Virus record (IMG/VR): IMGVR_UViG_2724679237_000005
Coordinates: 44,631 to 108,630 of that record
Source: a virus
Taxonomy: Duplodnaviria; Heunggongvirae; Uroviricota; Caudoviricetes
Direction: 5' to 3' (one strand)
DNA length: 64,000 nt
The translations under genes and the position numbers were made by a program. The notes under the pieces were generated by a model. That model ran no database searches. It saw only the letters and a list, made by a program, of their open reading frames with translations, and had not been told where the DNA came from. Positions 8,706 through 18,895 of the stretch are shown here, piece after piece (the first letter of the stretch is position 1; every line of letters starts with the position of its first letter).

Positions 8706-9875
8706 TCACGTCTTAATAGTTTCTGCTACGTCGGCTAATATCGCTTCTAGTCGTTCTCCCTCTTCAGGTCTGAAGTAAAGAATGTTGGGGTTAAACCCGT
8801 AAAAGACAGTAACGTCAAGGTCTGGAAGATACTCCTTCCTGCCGACCAAATCGGATGGCTTGTTTTTGTTGTTAAACAATGCCGTTGCCCGGCTGCCACA
8901 CGTCAGCACATAGGTCGGACGCACCAGATTGATCTCTTCACGTATAAAGTCGGTGAACTGGCCGATCTCGTCTTTGGTGTAGTCTTTTTCTTTGTCTTTA
9001 ACCTTCTTGCAAACGCCTGTGACATAGAGATCGCCCATGCGTAAATCTCCAGCCGTCAATAGCTTGGCCTTAAAGTCGTCGTATCCGTTCTCCATAAAGT
9101 AACCGGTTCGAGCATCATTGCCGTTCGCATTGTCCAGAATGATCATGATTTTCGGCTTAATACCAATGCTGGGGCGGATTAGTTCATCACCTAAGCCCAT
9201 TTCAGCCGCCATCCGCGTCATGAGTACGTTAATTTCAGCCGAACGTTTGGGGTTCATCTCAAACGAACGTGAGGCTTTAACTGCGTCTATGACAAGATTT
9301 CCCATCAATTCAGCCTGGTCGCGTAGGCGCTCTGGAGCAGTTGCTGGCAGACTACCTGGCTCGATGGATGCAAACGCCCCTACTTTTTGCAGCGATTCGC
9401 GCACTCGACTATTACAGGCACGTTTCTCGACAGCTTCTTCGAATTGCGCCAGTGACTCGAATTTGCCGCCAACTTTTTCTCGCGCTCTCATGATGGCTTG
9501 GCAGCCATTCTCAGAACACCCCTTCACAGCAGAGAATGGCGCATACAGCACCTGGCTGCCATCTTCAAGCGTGCGGATCTCGATTCGGTTAGATGACACG
9601 TTAACGTCTGGTGGCAATACGCGAATTCCATAGGTCAGCGCATCTTTAACCAGCCCTTGGTGTTTATCTTCGCCAAGAATAGTGAGAGCAGCAGCGAAAA
9701 ACTCTGCGGGATAATGAGTTTTCAACCACATAGATTGATAACTGATTAAGGAGTAAGCAACAGAGTGTGATTTGTTGAAGGCATACGCGCCGGATTTCTC
9801 AAACATATTCCAGATTTCTTCGGCTCGTTCGTGCGTCAGGCCATTGCTCTCTTCAACTACACTGGTAATTTTCAT
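8706..9875 (-). CDS. dnaE: DNA polymerase III alpha (DnaE), C-terminal fragment
   Basis: Contains the DnaE fingers signature AYAFNKSHSVAYSLISYQSMWLKTHYPAEFFAA; own ATG overlapping stop of HNH ORF. Confidence 0.8.
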   Translation of the reverse strand: MKITSVVEESNGLTHERAEEIWNMFEKSGAYAFNKSHSVAYSLISYQSMWLKTHYPAEFFAAALTILGEDKHQGLVKDALTYGIRVLPPDVNVSSNRIEIRTLEDGSQVLYAPFSAVKGCSENGCQAIMRAREKVGGKFESLAQFEEAVEKRACNSRVRESLQKVGAFASIEPGSLPATAPERLRDQAELMGNLVIDAVKASRSFEMNPKRSAEINVLMTRMAAEMGLGDELIRPSIGIKPKIMIILDNANGNDARTGYFMENGYDDFKAKLLTAGDLRMGDLYVTGVCKKVKDKEKDYTKDEIGQFTDFIREEINLVRPTYVLTCGSRATALFNNKNKPSDLVGRKEYLPDLDVTVFYGFNPNILYFRPEEGERLEAILADVAETIKT

Positions 9876-10606
9876 TCAGTCACCTCATCAATCTTCACGA
9901 ACTCATACCCATTGGAGGCCAGCCAGTCCCGCTGGCGCTCCCAGCTCCATACCTTTTCACGCATTTCGCTATGCAGGCGAATGTGGGCGTCTTCTGGAAG
10001 TGCCACCAGATTCCCAGGGGCGTTATCTACCGTATCGCGGTTAATATGGTGGACATGTTCATCGTCACGTAGCTCCCGACCGAGACGTTCTTTCGCTATC
10101 AACCGATGAACGTATTCGTATTGCGAAACGCCATTGTTACCAACCAGCTGCATCATGTAGCCGTTGGTTTTTACGATGATGCCATCTTTGTAGTTGTTCG
10201 CTTCTTCTCCGATCTTTCCGCGTTTGGCAGCCGCCAGCTTTTCCTTCGTCTCCGCGCGGATTGTTCTGCCGGTTAGCTTTTTCGAAACGGTGGCCACTCG
10301 CTCATCGATATCAGCACGCAGACCGGCATTCCACGAGGTTTTCCCATACATAGGGTTGCCAGTGCCAGTCCGGGCTTCGGAGAGTCGCTTCATACGTTCG
10401 TCATTATTTTTGTTTTTGCCACGATTCCAGGCTGGGGTAGCGGAGATCCGCGCGTTTCCGCGCCTGATCCCCCATTTGGCTAATAAGCGGTCAATATTTG
10501 CCTTGCTGCAACCAGCTTCGGCGGCAATGTCTTCTTTTCTCATCAGGTCAACCATGTAACGCTGACGTAACCATTCTTCTGTGATTTTGTACTTCGTACT
10601 CGGCAT
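9872..10606 (-). CDS. HNH homing endonuclease inserted within dnaE
   Basis: C-terminal HNH motif EHVHHINRDTVDNAPGNLVALPEDAHIRLH; N-terminal NUMOD-like stretches (GKTSWNAGL, RAETKEKLAAAKRG); sits between the two dnaE fragments. Confidence 0.8.
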   Translation of the reverse strand: MPSTKYKITEEWLRQRYMVDLMRKEDIAAEAGCSKANIDRLLAKWGIRRGNARISATPAWNRGKNKNNDERMKRLSEARTGTGNPMYGKTSWNAGLRADIDERVATVSKKLTGRTIRAETKEKLAAAKRGKIGEEANNYKDGIIVKTNGYMMQLVGNNGVSQYEYVHRLIAKERLGRELRDDEHVHHINRDTVDNAPGNLVALPEDAHIRLHSEMREKVWSWERQRDWLASNGYEFVKIDEVTE

Positions 10607-10654
10607 TTCTAAGACTCACTAAACAAATTGTTTTCTTATCTTATAAATTAATTC

Positions 10655-13018
10655 TCAAATATCGAAGCTCGTTATGTCGGCATTTATTGCCATTGCTTCG
10701 GCATAAGTGCGACGCTCACCATCAGCACAAAGTAGGCGTGCTGCTTTATGGATTTTTCTCGTAGAACCGTCATCCAGTGACACTGTCACCCAGCCTTCCT
10801 CCGCTCGCTTAATGAAGTCGCCGCCAATGGATTTCATTTTCTCCATATCTTTTTTCCCGATCGCTTTCCTGACCGAGTCTGCTTCCGCCATTGAGAACCC
10901 CGCCAAGATTCGCGTAGCAGCCATGATCTGTTCCTGATAAATCAGAACACCGTTTGTGTCGCGAGAGATGTCGTCCAGCATAGGGTGTAAGGAATGTGGA
11001 GCCATGAAGCCTTTGGCCACGGAGACATAGTCGTCCAACATGCCGGATTGAATCGGGCCTGGTCGGAAGAGTGCGGTCGTGGCGACAACGGTCTTGAAGC
11101 TCATTGGCTCGATGCCACCGCCCAGATCTTTAAGCAACTTACGCATGGGGCCGGACTCCAGCTGGAATACGCCCTGCGTGTACCCTGCAGCGAACCCATC
11201 CAGAACCTTGCGATCGTCCAGTGGGATAGCGTCGAGATTGATATCTTCACCTGTGTTCTCTTTTATGTAGCGTTTTGCACTATCGAGCAAATCGAGAGTT
11301 GCCAGGCCAAGCACGTCCAGCTTAATTAGGCCCATAGCCTCGCAGTAACGCTTGTCAAATGCGATACAACGCGCGTCACCACGTCGTTCAACCGGTGTAC
11401 GTTCTGTCAGAGGAACACCTGCTACGATCATCCCTGCCGCATGTCTACCAAAGCCACGCATAAGGCTTTGTAACTTGCAGGCTGCATTGAATGCATCAGG
11501 ATATTTTGTTGCGTATTTGTCGAGACTTGCCAGTTGTTCGCGCAGTTCTTCCAATGGAAGGCTATCATCCTCAGCGTTCTTCAGTTCTTTTGATACCGCC
11601 ATATCTGCGGACTCCACACCATAAATACGAGCGGTGTCACGTAGTGCAGAGGCTGCGCCCAGGTAGGTGAAGTTCGGAATGCCTGCAACGTAATCTTCGC
11701 CGTAGCGTTCATTCAGATACTCGATCACCTCATGGCGACGTGCCTGGCTGAAGTCCAAATCCGCATCTGGCAAGTCGAGACGCTCAGGGTTGATGAAACG
11801 CTCAAACAGAAGACCGTGACGGATTGGGTCGACGTTGGTTATGCCTATGCACCACGCCACCAGAGAACCGGCAGAGGAACCACGACCAGGCCCAACGGGA
11901 ATGCCAGTTTCACGACTATGATTCATCAGATCGCGCACCATCAGGAAGTAACCACAGAATCCCAGGCGAGTCAGCGTGTCCATTTCGTACTTTAGCCGCT
12001 CAACATAAACCCTGTTCTCAGAAGCAGGTGGTGTGTATCCAAACTCTTTTGTGGTAAGACGTTTACGCAGCCCTGCAACAGCCAGTTTCATCAGCGTTGC
12101 AGGTTCGTCGTCTGCCATCTTGGGCAGTGCTGGTGGCAATTCATGCCAGCGCCATGTGCAGGAATCGATAATGGTATCCTGCGTTGTTGAGGCCATTGCA
12201 GCTGTTACAGGCACATCCATGCGAACGGAGAAGGCTTTAAGCGCCTCAAGGAGATGGCGGCGACCATTGACGGCGTTATCTCGCTGGTGGGGGATACGCA
12301 GACGATGCGGCTGGTCGATTTTGATGTTGTTCGTAACCATGTGCGCAATGTCTTTAATGTCTGCATCGTCGATCGATTCGTAATAAGCGGGATAGAACGC
12401 CACTGGCTCTATTTTCAATGCGCTGGCGACTTTCATCGCCCGGACGTTAATCTGGTCGTAGAATGGGGTAGGGTGCGGATAAACCACACTATAGAAGTTG
12501 TCTTTTCCACCCGCTGTAATCAGTGTGCTTATGATTTTTGCAAAATCGTTGCGTTGGAACACGCTACCGATGTCGGAAGTAAGCAGGATGATGTTGCCTT
12601 TGGCATATGTAGAAACCAACTGTTCGAGCGAGAGACGCGGTACAAAGTAGAACTGTTCTCGTGTGTTGGCCGCCGTCATTAGTTCGCAGATGTCGCGATA
12701 TCCTTGCTCATTTTTAATTAGAGCGGTAAACGAGTAGTTACGTCCCCGCTCTAATGATTCCATACATCTCATAGATTCTTTAGCAAGTTTAGCCCGGTGC
12801 TCGTATGTGGGATCATCAACAATGTTTAGTTTCACACCACAAATAACCGCCATGTCGTCACCAGCGGCACGTTGTAGTGGAATAACGCTCGCAATATTCA
12901 TGCTATCTGCTGAAATTACAGCGGTGTAGCCAGCTTCTCTGGCAATCTTCACCGCGTTTTCTGCTTTTAGAGCCGACTCCCCAAGTGAGAAGTCAGTTCG
13001 AACCATCAGTGCCTTCAT
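10655..13018 (-). CDS. dnaE: DNA polymerase III alpha (DnaE), N-terminal fragment (PHP and polymerase core)
   Basis: Palm motif GYFLMVRDLMNHSRETGIPVGPGRGSSAGSLVAWCIGITNVDP and LFERFINPERLDLPDADLDF; ends just before the fingers FNKSHS motif, which is found in the downstream fragment. Confidence 0.85.
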   Translation of the reverse strand: MKALMVRTDFSLGESALKAENAVKIAREAGYTAVISADSMNIASVIPLQRAAGDDMAVICGVKLNIVDDPTYEHRAKLAKESMRCMESLERGRNYSFTALIKNEQGYRDICELMTAANTREQFYFVPRLSLEQLVSTYAKGNIILLTSDIGSVFQRNDFAKIISTLITAGGKDNFYSVVYPHPTPFYDQINVRAMKVASALKIEPVAFYPAYYESIDDADIKDIAHMVTNNIKIDQPHRLRIPHQRDNAVNGRRHLLEALKAFSVRMDVPVTAAMASTTQDTIIDSCTWRWHELPPALPKMADDEPATLMKLAVAGLRKRLTTKEFGYTPPASENRVYVERLKYEMDTLTRLGFCGYFLMVRDLMNHSRETGIPVGPGRGSSAGSLVAWCIGITNVDPIRHGLLFERFINPERLDLPDADLDFSQARRHEVIEYLNERYGEDYVAGIPNFTYLGAASALRDTARIYGVESADMAVSKELKNAEDDSLPLEELREQLASLDKYATKYPDAFNAACKLQSLMRGFGRHAAGMIVAGVPLTERTPVERRGDARCIAFDKRYCEAMGLIKLDVLGLATLDLLDSAKRYIKENTGEDINLDAIPLDDRKVLDGFAAGYTQGVFQLESGPMRKLLKDLGGGIEPMSFKTVVATTALFRPGPIQSGMLDDYVSVAKGFMAPHSLHPMLDDISRDTNGVLIYQEQIMAATRILAGFSMAEADSVRKAIGKKDMEKMKSIGGDFIKRAEEGWVTVSLDDGSTRKIHKAARLLCADGERRTYAEAMAINADITSFDI

Positions 13019-13202
13019 GTGTTTTTACCTTTCTGGTTTTTTTGATTTTGTCATTGGGGAAGCCTACGAACTTCCCATGCATCGAAATCGCAACTTCTTT
13101 TGCTGATTGGTGACAATCGGGCTTGTCTGGACACACCAGACAAGCCTTACCAGTTTCAGAAGCAGCGATAAGAGAGCCGAAACATCCTTTACGCACGATC
13201 AA
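12993..13202 (-). CDS. small Cys-rich hypothetical protein (69 aa)
   Basis: CLVCPDKPDC cluster; overlaps dnaE start by 25 nt so its start may be internal. Confidence 0.3.
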   Translation of the reverse strand: MIVRKGCFGSLIAASETGKACLVCPDKPDCHQSAKEVAISMHGKFVGFPNDKIKKTRKVKTHEGTDGSN

Positions 13203-14434
13203 CCAAATATTTTTTGAACAACTTCACGAGCCGCTTGTGCAGAAGCTGAAGGGAGTTTGTTAATGAAAGAACGCTCAATACCTGTCACAAAGTCGCCTCG
13301 CATCATTCCAATCTTGGCCGACAACAAAAGTTCACGAGGGCCAATTGGCTGACTGATAAGGTGTTCTTCGTATCCATCGCGAACGATACCGGCAAACTTA
13401 ACCATCTTTTCTGCGTATTCATCCACGATACCGGCATTTATCAACATGTTGATCTCTGCCTCTTTGCTCATGTATTTCACATTCGAAACGATGCCAAAAC
13501 GCGAAAAGTTCGCGGCGTTCTGGATGTTTGTACCCTGGTACAAGCCGGTTTCATCACCAGATCCGTTCGTGTTGCCAGTGCCAATGAAAGCAAACCGTTC
13601 ATGCGGAGTAATGCGACGCCATTCTGGAGTCGCCTCTTTGATGACCAACGCTTCACCTTCCAGCACTGGCTGATACACGCCAAGAATCTGTGGAAACGCA
13701 AAGTCGTATTCATCCGCGAGGTAAACCCAGCCATGCTTCATTGCGAGCGCAAGCAAGCCAGGTTCGAAATACGTAGAGCCATCACGCGCCAGAATTTGCC
13801 CCGTAACATGTGCCTCTTCCATTGATGCTGTATGTTGGGCACGGATCAACGGACGATTGAGCAAAGCACATAGCTGTGTAGGCAATGACGATTTGCCTGT
13901 TCCTGCATGACCCCACAAATAGCCAGGTATGCCAAGTTCAAGCATCATGAAAATATCTTTGATCAGTTCGAAGTCGCCATATACGTAGCCTTTCTTCACT
14001 TCGGGAACGAACTCTGGAAACGGCGTATTGACGTTGACGCTAACCATGAGCGGCGTCCCACGTTTTGTTCCGAGTTCTTCCACCGTTACGTCTAGCAGTT
14101 CGTGAGCTGCGACCAGATCTGTCTTGTACTCAACTGTGCCTGTGTAGCCTGGGCTACTGGTCACGCCAGATGATTTGGCCATTTCGCTTTTTTGCTCGGC
14201 ACGTTTAGCTTGAATTGCATCAAGTGCCTTTTTCGATAGCGTTGGCTCATCTGGAAACTGTGTTGTGTACATTTTCAGTACGGTGTCAGGATCGGCATCT
14301 TTTACTGACTCAGGAATGCCCTCGCAATTACCATTGGCTACATGGGACTTAAAATAGTGAAATGATTTTCCGCACCACTTGCAAACAAGGTAATCAGAAG
14401 GATTTTTTTCATTTTGCAGTGCAGTAGTCGTCAT
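13199..14434 (-). CDS. AAA+ ATPase, MoxR/CobS-like
   Basis: Walker A GHAGTGKS, Walker B LADEYDF; followed by a VWA-domain partner as in CobS/CobT pairs common in phages. Confidence 0.7.
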   Translation of the reverse strand: MTTTALQNEKNPSDYLVCKWCGKSFHYFKSHVANGNCEGIPESVKDADPDTVLKMYTTQFPDEPTLSKKALDAIQAKRAEQKSEMAKSSGVTSSPGYTGTVEYKTDLVAAHELLDVTVEELGTKRGTPLMVSVNVNTPFPEFVPEVKKGYVYGDFELIKDIFMMLELGIPGYLWGHAGTGKSSLPTQLCALLNRPLIRAQHTASMEEAHVTGQILARDGSTYFEPGLLALAMKHGWVYLADEYDFAFPQILGVYQPVLEGEALVIKEATPEWRRITPHERFAFIGTGNTNGSGDETGLYQGTNIQNAANFSRFGIVSNVKYMSKEAEINMLINAGIVDEYAEKMVKFAGIVRDGYEEHLISQPIGPRELLLSAKIGMMRGDFVTGIERSFINKLPSASAQAAREVVQKIFG

Positions 14435-14529
14435 GCGTTTTTCCTTTGTTTTCTAATGAGCGTTCAACTTCTTATATAAATATATCATTAACTATCGTAA
14501 GTGGTTACTTATCATTAAGGCTGTTTTGT

Positions 14530-16638
14530 TCACTTTAAAATGATACGAGATAGTTCAGTAACTACAGATGAACCAAGACTATCAACGCTCGTTACCAGGG
14601 CATGATTTGAGTAAAATCTCTCCGGTGCGTCAGTCATGATGCCAATTGCCATCAAATCAATGTCAGTCTGCGTTTCAATTTGTTTCGCAACCGAACGCAA
14701 ATGAGCGTCAAAACCTCTCCCAACAGCCCACGGCGCGCCATCACTCAGAACAAGCATGATCTTCCTGTCCTCCATGCGACCGGAAAATAACGATGCAAGG
14801 CTGGCTATGCTTTCACCATCCACGTTATTAAGAAGTGGGAATGTGTAGCCTACGCACCCCATACGTGAGCGAACTTCGCGAGAATTTACCTTTTCATTCC
14901 AATTTTTGATGATAGGTAGCATTAAAGATTCAAAGCGAGAGAACTCATACTTGACAGCCTTAAGTTCTCCTGCCGCCATATGACTACCAAATGTAGTGAA
15001 GCCGGTGATAATGTTGGGAACATTTATTCGATCAAGGGCATCGGCGATGGTATATGCACTTGCAAGAGCCAATTGTATCGTTATACCACTCATTGAACCT
15101 GATAAATCAATCACTTGTTGAACACAGGCGTTAACGGCTTTAGATTCTTCTTTTTTACGAAACACGCGATCATCATTCATTGCTAATCTGTAGATACTAG
15201 AACCATGAATGCGCCCCCGACGCTGGCCCGGTATAAACTGAACTCTGTTTCTGCTTGCTATTGCTCGCTCTAGGTCTTTTGCCAGCGTCGACGAAACACC
15301 TGACGAAAGATGCTTTTCAATATATTTGTCGAAGAGCTGGTTGCCTTCAGGAACGATGCGATAGCGGCTGATTGGATATCCTCCCAAATCAATATCGGAG
15401 AATGTTTTAATAAGCCGTTTGATATGGGCTTCTGCCTGATCAATCGAGCCGATGAAGTCGTATGAGCGATTGTATGGCCTGTATTCGCTTTTCGAGCTTT
15501 CTGTTAACTCGCTTTTAATCGTTTCGGATAGAGCATCTTCTGTCATGCCTCCGACTTCATCTTCTATGCTATCCAGCTCCTCTAAAGCCTCTTCCAGACT
15601 CATTTTTGACGGAGTTGGAATATCTGAAGAGCCGTCTTCTGTCGTTTTTCTTTTTTCGTGGTCAGCGGTTAATGATTCTGACGCCGCGTTATCAGAAGCA
15701 TCAGAATCTGATACCTCTTCATCATTTTCTGTATCATCGAATATTGTTTCTGATGATTCAGAATTATCTGAATCATCACTGTCGTTATTATCATGTTTGT
15801 GCTTACTGTGTGATTCTGGTTTGATAGATTTGTGATTATCTAACGCTGAGGGTGTCTCATAATCTTCGTTATCTTCATTGTTTTCTCCAGAGGCATCCGT
15901 CTGGTCAGCGTCTGAAGGATCGGAAGTTTTTCCCGGAGCTGACTCCTTACCTTTGCTTTCACTTTCAGTGTCTTTGAGGATCTTAGCTATGGTCGCAGCC
16001 ACCTTTACACAATCCTCGGTGCAAGACATGTTACGCACAGCCACATCGATACCATGTTCTTTTAATAATGAAATTGGTTTCTCAATGACAGGCCAGTATT
16101 CATCCATGAAATCTACGAACGGTGCTTGGCCATCCCAGGCTCTTACAACCGGACAGAGAAAGAAGTTTAGAAAAAGCGCGCGCTGATCTTTGCCACAATA
16201 AGCAATAGCCTCTGAAGCCTTTGGTTTAAAGACTTTTTCGATTATAAGGCGCTGAGTTGCCATCAGATTACGTCTTGTTCCGTTAAAGACCTGCCCCATT
16301 TTTCGCTCGATGAACACGTCTTCTAAGGCATTCCATAGCGACCAGGAAGGAACGCGTCCTTTTTCTCTCATTTTGTTGGACACACGAATATCGGTAAACA
16401 AAATGTGAGCAACCTCATGATCGAGAAATCCGCGCACAGCATTCATCAATGCCGGTGTTGCGTTATCCGGGATTGATGGGATGTTTACGAGAATTGGCTC
16501 TCCATCATCGTTATAGCGTACATAAGCGTCGTCCCCTCGTTCTGCAACAGGGATGTTTTTACCTGAAAGGAGAGCGACAACTCGTTTTACACTGTCACGG
16601 AAGTCCTGAACCTCTTTGATGGAACGTTTTTTAGACAT
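14530..16638 (-). CDS. von Willebrand factor A domain protein, CobT-like partner of the AAA+ ATPase
   Basis: MIDAS motif DLSGSMSG; long acidic Ser/Asp-rich low-complexity region. Confidence 0.65.
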   Translation of the reverse strand: MSKKRSIKEVQDFRDSVKRVVALLSGKNIPVAERGDDAYVRYNDDGEPILVNIPSIPDNATPALMNAVRGFLDHEVAHILFTDIRVSNKMREKGRVPSWSLWNALEDVFIERKMGQVFNGTRRNLMATQRLIIEKVFKPKASEAIAYCGKDQRALFLNFFLCPVVRAWDGQAPFVDFMDEYWPVIEKPISLLKEHGIDVAVRNMSCTEDCVKVAATIAKILKDTESESKGKESAPGKTSDPSDADQTDASGENNEDNEDYETPSALDNHKSIKPESHSKHKHDNNDSDDSDNSESSETIFDDTENDEEVSDSDASDNAASESLTADHEKRKTTEDGSSDIPTPSKMSLEEALEELDSIEDEVGGMTEDALSETIKSELTESSKSEYRPYNRSYDFIGSIDQAEAHIKRLIKTFSDIDLGGYPISRYRIVPEGNQLFDKYIEKHLSSGVSSTLAKDLERAIASRNRVQFIPGQRRGRIHGSSIYRLAMNDDRVFRKKEESKAVNACVQQVIDLSGSMSGITIQLALASAYTIADALDRINVPNIITGFTTFGSHMAAGELKAVKYEFSRFESLMLPIIKNWNEKVNSREVRSRMGCVGYTFPLLNNVDGESIASLASLFSGRMEDRKIMLVLSDGAPWAVGRGFDAHLRSVAKQIETQTDIDLMAIGIMTDAPERFYSNHALVTSVDSLGSSVVTELSRIILK

Positions 16639-16736
16639 GGCTAATCCTTTGTTATGAAAACAAATTATTTACTAGTGTGTTTAATGTAGCACTGCGCGAA
16701 CAGGGAACTAAGCCATTCGCGCAGGGAGAAGAGGGG

Positions 16737-16949
16737 TTAACAGATTCTGACGGCTAAAGACCCGGAGCCGGTATTGAGAAGCGTGAAGCGTTTGTTGTTA
16801 AGTTCGAATATAAAGCCAGTTGTGTCATTCACACCAACCTGAATCTGCTCATTCGGTAGATCGGTGAGGATGTCAGCTACACACTCATCAGCTAATTTCT
16901 GTACGTGTCCGATCTCAAGAGCGATTAGGCTGGAAATAGTGGTTTTCAT
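16737..16949 (-). CDS. hypothetical protein (70 aa)
   Basis: ORF only; divergent from the HTH regulator gene. Confidence 0.35.
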   Translation of the reverse strand: MKTTISSLIALEIGHVQKLADECVADILTDLPNEQIQVGVNDTTGFIFELNNKRFTLLNTGSGSLAVRIC

Positions 16950-17126
16950 TCAATCAATCCATTCTAACTTATACTATGGTAAGGAATACTACTAAAATTT
17001 GTATCAATACTGAATACATCTATATCAGATGCAAGTTAATTTTCTTACCTATTTTGGGCTGGTTTTTCTCCATGCATGGACCTTTGCTCGGTCTTACAAG
17101 TGCCTGCCGAAAAAAATGATAATAGC

Positions 17127-17154
17127 TTTACAACCCTAATCTTTGATGTAATAT
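17127..17154 (+). promoter_or_regulatory. sigma70-like promoter for the HTH regulator
   Basis: TTTACA (17127-17132), 16-nt spacer, TAATAT (17149-17154); followed by palindrome GGTAAGCACTTACC at 17157-17170 and an AGGT Shine-Dalgarno. Confidence 0.45.
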
Positions 17155-17200
17155 CGGTAAGCACTTACCAGAGAGAATTAAACGCGCAAAGGTTGTAATA

Positions 17201-17587
17201 ATGTCTGACAACAAGATTGAATTTATAGAAAGTCGCTATGCTGCTTTTATCGCAGGGCTGATTGAATCCTCACCTATGAGTCAGGCCCAAATAGCCAGAC
17301 TTATTGGTTATAAAAATGCCAACAACCTTTCTTTAATTAAAAGTGGCAAAATTCCTTTGCCTATCGATAAGGTTCGTCCGCTGGCGCTGGCGCTGGGTAT
17401 TGAGCCAAGTCGTCTTATGATGATGGTGCTGGAAGAACGCCAACCTGAACTCGCAGCATTTTTATACAAAGAAGGCACCGCTCCTCTTAACGAGGACGAA
17501 AAACAGGTTCTTGCTGCATATAACGAGCGATTCGGTAAAGAGAAAGGCGCATCACAAAAGGTTGTTGAGGCCATAAAGTCTCTATGA
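17201..17587 (+). CDS. XRE-family helix-turn-helix transcriptional regulator (repressor-like)
   Basis: HTH segment SQAQIARLIGYKNANNLSLIKSG; convergent with the recombinase gene. Confidence 0.6.
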   Translation: MSDNKIEFIESRYAAFIAGLIESSPMSQAQIARLIGYKNANNLSLIKSGKIPLPIDKVRPLALALGIEPSRLMMMVLEERQPELAAFLYKEGTAPLNEDEKQVLAAYNERFGKEKGASQKVVEAIKSL

Positions 17588-18685
17588 AAAATTTACACGA
17601 ATAAGCTCTGTTGATAGACGATCTCCCTTGAATTTGTGGTCAATTTCGTCTAAATCCGGTTGCTCTACGATTGATGCGATGTACGTCGAGAAACTTTCTA
17701 AGGCGTCTCGCATCTCGTCCATATAATCGTGCCGGTCGTAGACCCGATCTATCCCCTCAAGACTGTGGTTCATGATTTTGCGTGATACCTCCTGGCTTAT
17801 GCCTAATGCTGGGAAGTAACTACGCGCAGTACGGCGCAAATCTCGGGGTGTAAATGGCTCAAGCTCCATCAGTTCTGGTCGTTCCAGAATACGACGTAAT
17901 GCCTGGGCTATTGCCACTTTAGACATAGGAAGGTCTTTCCCGATTTTTTTATTCGAAGGCACGAGCCACTGGCTATCTTTACCGTATTCGAACAACTCTT
18001 CAATGCATGTGCGCATTAATGTGCTTAAAGGCAGCGAATGCTCACGTGCTGACTTGTTTCTTTTGCCTTGATTCCAAACCCCACGCTTAAGATTGAACTC
18101 ACTTTTTTTAGCCCGCAGTACTTCGTCAGGTCGTCTTGCTGATACAAGACACAGCCTGGCCGCCCATTTTGTACCAGCGCACACATTGAAGTAGTCCCAT
18201 ATATTCCAGAACACCCATACCTCTGCGTCGGTCAGCTTCCGCTCGCGAGGTGTGGGCTTTGCGCCACCGGCAACTTTGTTTAGTGACATATCGTTTAACG
18301 GTGACACGTCTATCATTCCCTGGAAGGCGCACCAGCTAAGGAACTGCTTCATCAGAGAGAAAACGCGGCGGCCCATAACAATTTTGCCATCCAGTATTAG
18401 TGGGTTGACCAGTTGGTTCACCATGAACCTATTAATGTCACTTACTTTTACATCGGCAATGTGCGGCAAAACATGTATCAAAATACAATGAACAGCGATC
18501 TCTGGCCGACGTCTTGTTATCAGCAGAGATAAGCGAGTGAATAACATGAATGCGTCCGAGAATCTCATGTCATTGCTGACCTGGGAGATCATAACGGCCT
18601 GCATTTGAGATGCTCTTTCGAGATACTCAATCGCCTCTTTTGAGGTGTTCTCCGCAGCGCGTGCTCTGTCAAAGCTATTTTTCAT
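17582..18685 (-). CDS. tyrosine site-specific recombinase (integrase/resolvase family)
   Basis: C-terminal catalytic region with RDLRRTARS, HSLEGIDRVYDRHDY (His-x-x-Arg and Tyr nucleophile pattern). Confidence 0.75.
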   Translation of the reverse strand: MKNSFDRARAAENTSKEAIEYLERASQMQAVMISQVSNDMRFSDAFMLFTRLSLLITRRRPEIAVHCILIHVLPHIADVKVSDINRFMVNQLVNPLILDGKIVMGRRVFSLMKQFLSWCAFQGMIDVSPLNDMSLNKVAGGAKPTPRERKLTDAEVWVFWNIWDYFNVCAGTKWAARLCLVSARRPDEVLRAKKSEFNLKRGVWNQGKRNKSAREHSLPLSTLMRTCIEELFEYGKDSQWLVPSNKKIGKDLPMSKVAIAQALRRILERPELMELEPFTPRDLRRTARSYFPALGISQEVSRKIMNHSLEGIDRVYDRHDYMDEMRDALESFSTYIASIVEQPDLDEIDHKFKGDRLSTELIRVNFS

Positions 18686-18783
18686 ATGACAATCACCGAG
18701 TTACGCCGATGTACTGTATAAGTAAACAGTATATTAGGCATAGATTCTTATAGGATCAAGAGTAAAAGTAACTCATTTTCAGT

Positions 18784-18816
18784 AATGATTCCATACATAG
18801 TAGGTATGGAATCATT
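18784..18816. repeat. perfect 13-7-13 palindrome AATGATTCCATAC-ATAGTAG-GTATGGAATCATT
   Basis: Read directly; about 100 bp upstream of the recombinase start; followed on plus strand by a T-rich run, so it could alternatively act as a terminator hairpin. Confidence 0.6.
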
Positions 18817-18895
18817 TAGACGTTGTTTTTTGAATTTTAAGGGAAACAGGAGTGAGTTTGGTGGGAATAAAAACGGCTCCTGTGAGCCGTTTAAA

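Noticed and set aside
9118-9633. 171-aa plus-strand ORF antisense to the dnaE C-terminal fragment
   Set aside because: Fully contained within a well-supported polymerase coding region on the other strand; composition typical of antisense frames.
8706-13018. Intein or split intein in DnaE
   Set aside because: The inserted element is a separate ORF with its own start and a stop before the junction; the fragment ends lack intein splice-junction residues (no Cys/Ser at an N-junction, no His-Asn plus nucleophile at a C-junction).
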